From an uncultured Planctomycetota bacterium (GTDB taxonomy: Bacteria > Planctomycetota > Planctomycetia > Pirellulales > Thermoguttaceae), in NCBI GenBank assembly GCA_902803085.1, contig CADCOO010000009.1:1-42678 (forward strand): a DNA stretch of 42,678 nucleotides, written 5' to 3'. The notes beneath the pieces are model-generated. The model made no database searches. It was given only the letters and a program-made list of their open reading frames with translations, and had not been told where the DNA came from. Shown piece by piece: positions 28,242 to 35,400 of this stretch. The translations under genes and the position numbers were made by a program. Each line of letters starts with the position of its first letter. The first letter of the stretch is position 1.

Positions 28242-30827
28242 ATGAAGAAAAACTTGCGCAACACCGGTTCCACAAGCGAAACCGACGGCGAGATTGCGGC
28301 GCGTACCGAAACAACGCGTAGAAGAACAAAACGAGCCGAAAACGATTCCGCCGCGACCGAAGGTTCGACGCGCAAAAAAACGAAGAAGGCTAAGCCGACG
28401 TCCGACGCGACTCTCTTCGATCTGAATCCTGACCAAGAGAAAAAGACCGTCAAAACGGCCGCGCGCAAAACGAGCGGCGTTAAACGCGTCGCTTCCTCGG
28501 CCGCCAAGGAGACCGCCGTCGTCCAAAAAAGACGCCGTTCGGACAAAAGCGCCGACTCCGAAACGAAAAAGAGTTTAACGCGCGCGCCGAAAGAGGAGCT
28601 GCTGTTCGACGCTCAAAAGATTTTGCGTCAAATAGCGCGCGTCCCGCTGTCGCGAGCTGAAAAGAAACGCCGGAAAGAGGCCGACGCGCGCAACGCAACG
28701 GCCGCGCCGTCGGATGCGGAACGTTTTTATACCGGCGTTCTCCCTCAGTGGGAGCCCGGATGGCTGTTAGTTCGCGGCGCGCGCCGTCATAATCTCCAGT
28801 TAATCGACGCGCCGATTCCTCTGTCTGCGTTTACCGTCGTTACCGGCGTGAGCGGCAGCGGCAAGAGCACGCTGGTAGAAGAAGCGCTCTATAAAGGCGT
28901 CTTTGCCGATCTTAATCGTCTACCGTTCCCGAGCGACGCCTGTAGCGGCATAATCGGCTCCGAGGCGTTGCGCAAGGTGGTGCGCGTCGACCAAAGTCCG
29001 ATTGGCGCGTCGCCGACCTCGAATCCAGCAACCTATACCGGACTTTTCGATCTTATTCGGCTTCTGTATTCGAAACTGCCGGAATCGCAACTACGCGGCT
29101 ATACGCAGCGTCGATTCAGTTTTAACGTCGAAGGCGGACGCTGTGAAAAATGCCAAGGCGCGGGACTTGTTAAAATCGAAATGCATTTCCTCGCGGATAT
29201 TTGGATTACTTGCGACGCATGCAACGGGAAACGTTACGATTCGGAAACGCTTGAAGTGAAATATCGCGGCAAATCGATTGCCGACGCGCTTGAAACGACG
29301 TGCGGGGAGGCGCTGAATCTATTTGCCGACGTACCCCCGATGCGACGCATTCTGCAGACGCTGTGCGACGTTGGACTCGACTACTTGCCGCTCGGTCAGG
29401 CGGCGACGACTCTTTCTGGCGGCGAGGCGCAACGCGTTAAGCTTGCGGCGGAACTTTCGCGCGTCGACTCGGGACGAACCCTCTACGTACTTGACGAACC
29501 GACGACGGGACTTCATTTTTCCGACGTTCGCAAACTCCTCAACGTCTTGCATCGCCTCGTTGATCTTGGCAATACGGTCGTGGTGATCGAGCATAATATG
29601 GACGTGATTAAGAACGCCGACTGGATCCTCGATATCGGACCGGAGGCGGGCGCAAAAGGGGGAAGACTCGTTTTCGCCGGTACCCCGGAGCAGTTGCTGG
29701 GGTACGTTGAGTCTTACTATCGCGGTGGAGAAAAGTCGAACTCTATGTTGCGTAGCTATACGGGCGAGGCGCTTTTTTCTACTTTCGAACGCGGAACCTT
29801 TGTCGAGCGAGAATTTTGGACCCCGAAAGACGCGACGCGCGATTTCGACGATACTACGGCGGCAGAAGAGGTCGTCGCTAGCGTCGCTCAGGGCATGGAC
29901 GAAGGCCAGCCCTGGGAGACCGACGGAAGACGTTGGCATTTGGAAGCCCCGTCGAAATTGCGACGATGGAGCCCGAAGATCTTGAGCTCTATCGTTGAGA
30001 AACTCGAAGAGAACGACGCCTTTGCCGATACTGATTGGAGTTCGAAAACGCTTGTTGAGACGCGCGCGCTTGAAAAATCTTTCGGCTGGTTTATGCGCGC
30101 CTATACTTCCGACGAGTGGCTTCTCAAATTGAAGTTCCGTCTCCCGAAAAACACCTTTAATCGCGACGCTCTCGCCAAGCGTCTTGCGCTCAAACCGTTA
30201 AATGAAATTGACGAGATTCCTCTCTGTGGAACTCAGTCGCGCATTAAGATCGAAGCGGTTGGCGCATGGCAGGAAGTGGAAATCAAGGTCTTTTCCTACG
30301 ACGAAATTGACACGCCCGAGTTCTGGAGATTTCTCGAGTTCGCCATTGAACGTTTTACCGCGCGCGTAAACGAATCTAAAAAGGACGACGTCGATTTGAC
30401 GCCGTGGCGGCGCGACGGGAGGGACTGGCATCTCTCGAAAGAGGGGCTCGCCGGCGCAAGCGACGAGACGCTGTGGGACGCGACCCTTTTGGAAGGAACT
30501 CTTAACGAGATAGAGCTCGTTAATCAAGAAGGTAAAACGGTCTGGAATAAAAGGACCTTTGTCGAGTTTATTACGAGAAACGGCGTTCTCTGGGCGCAAG
30601 TTTACACGAAGAACAAGGACTTTATTTGCGTTCAACTTAATGCCGCAAAGGGGTTCTTCAAGCCGAAAATGTACCAGAAGCTGGGTTTTGAACCGGAACT
30701 TGACGATTCGGAAGCGGAGCGCGATTCGCTCTATCTCCGTTGCCGCAACGACGCGGTCTTTGACGACAAACGGTTCAAGGCTCTATTGAAGACCGTCTAT
30801 CAGGAAGCGTGCGAGACCGGAAAATAA
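28242..30827 (+). CDS. UvrA C-terminal-half homolog (single ABC module) with a basic N-terminal low-complexity region and a duplicated C-terminal domain of unknown function
   Basis: aa 1-~173 is K/R/T/A-rich (KKTKKAKPT, KRRRSDKS, EKKRRKE). aa ~174-490 has [49 protein letters not shown]...[34 protein letters not shown] and VVVIEHN. aa ~515-861 has no motif I recognise, but shows an internal repeat (QPWETDGRRWHL... / TPWRRDGRDWHL...). An in-frame TGA at 28167-28169 closes the frame upstream, and 28242 is the first start codon after it. Confidence 0.88.
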   Translation: MKKNLRNTGSTSETDGEIAARTETTRRRTKRAENDSAATEGSTRKKTKKAKPTSDATLFDLNPDQEKKTVKTAARKTSGVKRVASSAAKETAVVQKRRRSDKSADSETKKSLTRAPKEELLFDAQKILRQIARVPLSRAEKKRRKEADARNATAAPSDAERFYTGVLPQWEPGWLLVRGARRHNLQLIDAPIPLSAFTVVTGVSGSGKSTLVEEALYKGVFADLNRLPFPSDACSGIIGSEALRKVVRVDQSPIGASPTSNPATYTGLFDLIRLLYSKLPESQLRGYTQRRFSFNVEGGRCEKCQGAGLVKIEMHFLADIWITCDACNGKRYDSETLEVKYRGKSIADALETTCGEALNLFADVPPMRRILQTLCDVGLDYLPLGQAATTLSGGEAQRVKLAAELSRVDSGRTLYVLDEPTTGLHFSDVRKLLNVLHRLVDLGNTVVVIEHNMDVIKNADWILDIGPEAGAKGGRLVFAGTPEQLLGYVESYYRGGEKSNSMLRSYTGEALFSTFERGTFVEREFWTPKDATRDFDDTTAAEEVVASVAQGMDEGQPWETDGRRWHLEAPSKLRRWSPKILSSIVEKLEENDAFADTDWSSKTLVETRALEKSFGWFMRAYTSDEWLLKLKFRLPKNTFNRDALAKRLALKPLNEIDEIPLCGTQSRIKIEAVGAWQEVEIKVFSYDEIDTPEFWRFLEFAIERFTARVNESKKDDVDLTPWRRDGRDWHLSKEGLAGASDETLWDATLLEGTLNEIELVNQEGKTVWNKRTFVEFITRNGVLWAQVYTKNKDFICVQLNAAKGFFKPKMYQKLGFEPELDDSEAERDSLYLRCRNDAVFDDKRFKALLKTVYQEACETGK

Positions 30828-30876
30828 GCGATTCAACTCGCGCTTTGGGGTAAGAAATGATCGAAGATAATTAACG

Positions 30877-30911
30877 AAAAAAGCCGCCGAAGAACTCTTC
30901 GACGGCTTTTT
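30877..30911. terminator. Bidirectional terminator hairpin between the UvrA-C-half gene and the tRNA-Pro pair
   Basis: AAAAAA-GCCGCCGAAG-AACT-CTTCGACGGC-TTTTT forms a 10-bp stem with one mismatch. An A-run flanks it on the 5' side and a T-run on the 3' side. Confidence 0.65.
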
Positions 30912-30914
30912 CAG

Positions 30915-30990
30915 TCGGGGCAACTGGATTCGAACCAGCGACCTTTTGACCCCCAGTCAAACGCGCTAAACCAGACTGCGCCATGCCCCG
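30915..30990 (-). tRNA. tRNA-Pro (anticodon GGG), copy 1
   Basis: The reverse complement folds as CGGGGCA-TG-GCGC-AGTCTGGTTTA-GCGC-G-TTTGA-CTGGGGG-TCAAA-AGGTC-GCTGG-TTCGAAT-CCAGT-TGCCCCG-A. It has a 7-bp acceptor stem, anticodon loop C-U-GGG-G-G with G37, and T-loop TTCGAAT. CCA is not encoded. Confidence 0.93.
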
Positions 30991-31046
30991 GAACGGTATT
31001 CTCAATATCAAACAAGGCCTCGTCGAGACGACAAACGCCTAATTAG

Positions 31047-31122
31047 TCGGGGCAACTGGATTCGAACCAGCGACCTTTTGACCCCCAGTCAAACGCGCTA
31101 AACCAGACTGCGCCATGCCCCG
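31047..31122 (-). tRNA. tRNA-Pro (anticodon GGG), copy 2, identical to copy 1
   Basis: The 76-nt sequence is identical to 30915..30990. The copies start 132 bp apart and are separated by a 56-bp spacer. Confidence 0.93.
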
Positions 31123-31133
31123 CAGTGGAGAGT

Positions 31134-31161
31134 ATTCTAATACTAGATCGTTTTTTTTCAA
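31134..31161 (-). promoter_or_regulatory. Sigma-70-type promoter candidate for the tRNA-Pro pair
   Basis: The minus strand reads TTGAAA (plus tttcaa at 31156-31161), a 16-nt spacer, then TAGAAT (plus attcta at 31134-31139). The tRNA 5' end lies 11 nt downstream. Confidence 0.5.
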
Positions 31162-31329
31162 CCCCCTATTTTATTTTTATTTTGATCTTTCATGCTGTTC
31201 CGGCGTTATTGAAATGTTTTTGAGCCGCCTGTGAGAAGGCTTCTAATTGGAGTTGGGCGTCTGGCCAACGATACAAAGCGCCGTATAATTGATTGAAACT
31301 CTCACGCGGAGAACAACGGTGGTGGTCGC

Positions 31330-32328
31330 ATGTTAGAAAAAACAGAATACGAGTTAATTGATTTCGGCGCTGGAAGACGATTGGAGCGATTTAACGCGTT
31401 AATTTTGGATCGTCCTTGTCCGAGCGCGCAAGGCTTGCGTCAAGGTTCGCCTTCGGTCTGGAAACGCGCCGACGCAACCTTTGTCGAACGGCGAAAAGAA
31501 GCTGGTAGGTCGCGAAAGAACGAGGCGGCGGCGTTAGGGGTTCGCGGATACTGGCGTCCTCTGACGGAACATGGCGCCGTATTTTTTTCTGAGGAATCGA
31601 CAAACGAGTCTAGCGGCGATCGCGAGGGGAACGCTATTTCCTCAAAACCGTGGGCGCTTTCTGTCGGCGGCTTCTTTACGCTCGAACTGAAGGGGTCCCC
31701 TTTTGGGCATCTTGGCGTCTTTCCGGAGCAGGCGGAGAATTGGAGGCGCATTTACGACCTGTGCCAAGAGGGGCGCGGACGGATAAACCGCCCCTTGAGG
31801 ATTCTCAATCTCTTTGGATATACGGGCGGCAGCGCGCTCGCGGCGCTTGCCGCAGGAGCGGAGGTTACCCACGTCGACGCGGCGCGCAATGTTGTCGCCA
31901 TGGCGAAGTGCAACGCGGCGCTTTCTTTTCCCGAAAGAGAGGTTGCCGCGCGCTGGATTGTCGACGACGCCGTTAAATACGTCAAACGCGAGCTCAAACG
32001 CGAATCGCGGTACGACGGCGTCATTTTAGATCCGCCGACCTATGGCCACGGCGCGCGCGGAGAAGTATGGCGGCTTTCGCGCGATCTTGAACCGCTTCTT
32101 ACGAACTGCGTTAATCTTCTAAACGATTCCTTCGCGTTCATTATGCTGACGGGACACACGCCGGGTTTTGACGCGCCGGTTTTGGAAAGGCTACTCCGTT
32201 CTTGTATGAAGAAGCGGTTTGAAGCAAACGCGAGACGTTGCGAGCATTTGTCGCAACCGTTGGGAATTCAGTCGACGTTCAACGGCGCGTTGCCGTGCGG
32301 CGATCTTGCGTTAAGCGTCTTGCGATAG
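31330..32328 (+). CDS. Class I SAM-dependent methyltransferase (RlmI/RlmK-like catalytic domain, no PUA domain)
   Basis: 332 aa with SAM-binding motif I ILNLFGYTGGSALAALAAGA, then EVTHVDAARNVV, and the catalytic motif IV GVILDPPTYGHG. The substrate is unknown. Confidence 0.7.
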   Translation: MLEKTEYELIDFGAGRRLERFNALILDRPCPSAQGLRQGSPSVWKRADATFVERRKEAGRSRKNEAAALGVRGYWRPLTEHGAVFFSEESTNESSGDREGNAISSKPWALSVGGFFTLELKGSPFGHLGVFPEQAENWRRIYDLCQEGRGRINRPLRILNLFGYTGGSALAALAAGAEVTHVDAARNVVAMAKCNAALSFPEREVAARWIVDDAVKYVKRELKRESRYDGVILDPPTYGHGARGEVWRLSRDLEPLLTNCVNLLNDSFAFIMLTGHTPGFDAPVLERLLRSCMKKRFEANARRCEHLSQPLGIQSTFNGALPCGDLALSVLR

Positions 32329-32349
32329 ATTTTAGACGTCAATACGACG

Positions 32350-32389
32350 AAACGCGGCAGATCGCGACGAAGCGCGAGGAGCCGCGTTT
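32350..32389. terminator. Hairpin between convergent genes (candidate terminator)
   Basis: AAACGCGGC (32350-32358) and GCCGCGTTT (32381-32389) form a perfect 9-bp stem with a 22-nt loop. It lies between the stops at 32328 (+) and 32423 (-). Confidence 0.4.
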
Positions 32390-32422
32390 AGGTGGGAAGA
32401 CGTTGAGCTGAGCGCGCTCGAA

Positions 32423-35400
32423 TTAATTGATTCCGTAAAGCTGCTTCGCTAGGTCTTGAATTCCCTTAAGGTTTAATTTGCCCGTTCCTAGAATGGGAAT
32501 TTCTGGGACTTGTTTAAAATTGGCGGGGGCGGGAATCCACAGTTGCGGTAAGACGCCGGCGTCGAGCGCGCGTTTGCAGAGTTCTTCGGGGGCGCAAGGG
32601 AGATCGACGTAAAGTACGACGAGCTTTTCTCCTTTGCGTTCGTCGGGAACTGCGGTTACCACGAGATTGAGCCCGCCGGAGCTTGACGAATCGTCGCCGT
32701 CCTGCTCGTTGTTCGGTTGATCCGACATATCTTTGAGCGCTTCCAGAAGCTTCTCTTCGATGAACGCGTGCGGCGCCATTTCGCCGCCTATTTTCGAAAT
32801 GCGCGTTTCACGACCCGTTATGAAGATGAAATTGTCTTCGTCAATTTTGGCGATATCGCCTGTTACATACCAGCCGTCTTTAAAAATAGAACTCGTTCTT
32901 TCGGGATCCTCGTAGTATCCTTCCGTAACGGAATTACCTTTGACCAGCATCATGCCCGACGTATTGGGCGGAAGCTCTTCGCCGGTTTCCATGTCGACGA
33001 CCTTGGCGACGAAATTGGGATCGGGCGTTCCTATGGAGAAGTCCTTATGATACGGCGTAATGTCGTCGGGCGCGTCGCATTCCGGTATATTATGGCTGAA
33101 AACGGGCGAGAGTTCAGTTGCGCCGTAACCTTCGTTGAGACCGACGCCAAACTTTTCCTTGCAATCAGCGTAGAGTTGAGCTGGCGCCTTTTCCGCGCCG
33201 ACGATGGGGAAGTAAACCGATTCGAAGTCCTCTTTGGAACATTTTCGAATGTACGTTCGCATAAAAGTCGGAGTTGTTACGAAAAGATCGGGACGATACT
33301 TTTTAATAACGGCGGCGACGCCTTTATAGTCCAGAGGATTGTAGTGGTAATAGCACGCGTAGGGATGATAAAGCGGAAACCATATGGTAACGGTGTAGCC
33401 GAAGGAGTGGAAAAAGGGCAACACGCCGCAGAGACTCAAATTGTACGCCGGCATTGCGGACTGAGCGAAACTTTGCGCGTTTGCCGAGATGTTCGCGTTT
33501 GTCAGAACGGCGCCCTTGGGCAACCCGGTCGACCCGCTTGTAAAGACGATCGTGTTGATATCCGTCAATTTCTCTTTCGTTAGTCCCAAAATACGCTCAA
33601 GGAGCCAAGTCGGCAGAAGCGATTCAAGAAAGCCGACTAACTTGTCGCTCGTACGAATATTGCTTTTGGCGACTTCTTCGAGAGGTAAAACCTCCGCTTC
33701 GAGATCGAGTTTAGGGAGCTTTTTAAGAAGTTGCGAGGACGCGACGATCGTCTTAATGCCAACCTTGTGAATACAGTAATTATTCACGTCGTTTGTAAAC
33801 GTGTAATTCAGGTTGATGGGAATACGACGATCAAAAGCGAGCGCCGCGTTGACCAAAACCCCTGCCACGGACGTCGGAAGAAGAACGCCGACGAACTTTT
33901 CAGGCGGCAAGATGCGGTGAAGTAGTCGACGAAGAACAAGGATTTGGAGGAGCGCCTGCTTGCCCGTCGTTTCTTTGCCCGTTGAATCGCCAAAGTGGCG
34001 CCGAGCGCCGGACAAACGCAGACCGCGAATCGCGCCGCGAGCGGGCGTATAAAGGAAGACGTTCTCAGGATGCTTGCGGTAATCGGTCGCGTCTATGTTA
34101 AGCTCCTGGACGATGTGCAAGAGCTTTTGCATGATGTGCGCGTCGCTGCAGCCTTTGGCTCGTTCGTCTTCTACGGAATAGGTCGAGCCGTAGGATATGG
34201 TCAAACGATAGGGCGCCTTGCGGCGATAGCCCTTGGGTTTCGCATAGGCAAATCGGGAACCGTAAAGTCCCGTTATCGCGAAAGGAATAATAGGCGCGTT
34301 CGGCGTCTTTCTAAGAAGCGCGAGAAAGCCGGGCTTAAATGCGCGCGTCTGACCGTCGCGCGTTATCGCGCCTTCGGGGAAGATGCAGACGACTTCGCCG
34401 TTTTGGAGCGCCGTTTGCGCCTCGCGTAGCATGTATGCCGTCGATTTGCGCGATTTAGGATCAAATTGAATTACGCCCGTTTTACGGATTACGAAATTCG
34501 CCAGGCGGCTCTTTGCCGGGAGGAAATTCTGATCGGAAATGAATCGAACGGGGCGCGACGAACTGGTGTAAACGATCAGCGCGTCGAGGAATGACACGTG
34601 ATTGCCAAGGAGGAGAACGGGACCTTCTTTGGGAATATTGTCGACGCCGTACTCGCGCATCCCGTACGTAATCTTAAGCCAATTCGTAACGAGGACGCGC
34701 AGAAGGGGAATCGCAAACGCTCGGAGAGTCAGATAGAGCACGGGTATGCTGATAACCGAACAGACTAACCAAATCTCGGCGCCGTTGAGCCCGGTAAGCG
34801 CCTGTTCTCCCTTCTCGTTGACCGTTTCCCTTAAAGGGAGACCGCCGAGAAAACTCTGGAATACGGCGAAGAGCGCCATTGCCGCAAAGGAAAAGAAGTT
34901 GTACGCCGCCAAAATACGACCGCGATGTTCCGCAGGACTTTCCGTTTGAAGAACGGCGACGAGCGGCAAGTCGTACATTGTCGCAGAAAGACCCAACAGA
35001 AGAAGACCCGTTCCCGCAAACATGAAACCGAAAGAGTGGGGCGACGCCAATTCCCGAGGAACGAACGGCGTAAAGAACAGGATAAACGAGAAAACGACAA
35101 TTGCAAGCGCGCCGAGCGGCACAAGACCGAGCTCAATACGTCCGCGCGACAATTTTCCGGCTATAACCGCGCCGCCCGCCATACCTACTGAGAGCGCTAC
35201 AAGAAGCGCCATCGCCCAATCTTGGGGGACGTTGAGGTATTCGGTCGCGAATTTATCGATATTGATTTGCGCAAGCGCGCCGACGCCCCAAAAGAACGAA
35301 CTTGCCATAGCTATCCAGAATAGGTAGCGATTTTGAACGAGGAGTTTCAGATCGGCGTACGTCTGACCAATCGGGTTCACTGGAAATTTCGCGTGGGGAT

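Noticed and set aside
28099-28244. The possibility that uvrA (23080..28101) and the next gene (28242..30827) are one giant gene broken by a frameshift or nonsense mutation, that is, a pseudogene.
   Set aside because: The two ORFs are in different frames. The downstream frame is closed by an in-frame TGA at 28167-28169, and 28242 is the first start codon after it. The 170 aa following that start is a coherent basic region rather than out-of-frame UvrA sequence. All catalytic motifs in both genes are intact. A sequencing error cannot be fully excluded without reads.
30915-31122. The tandem tRNA-Pro copies as attL/attR remnants of an integrated mobile element.
   Set aside because: Only 56 bp separate the copies. 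There is no integrase, transposase or foreign-looking gene nearby, and both copies are full-length rather than a partial 3' duplicate.
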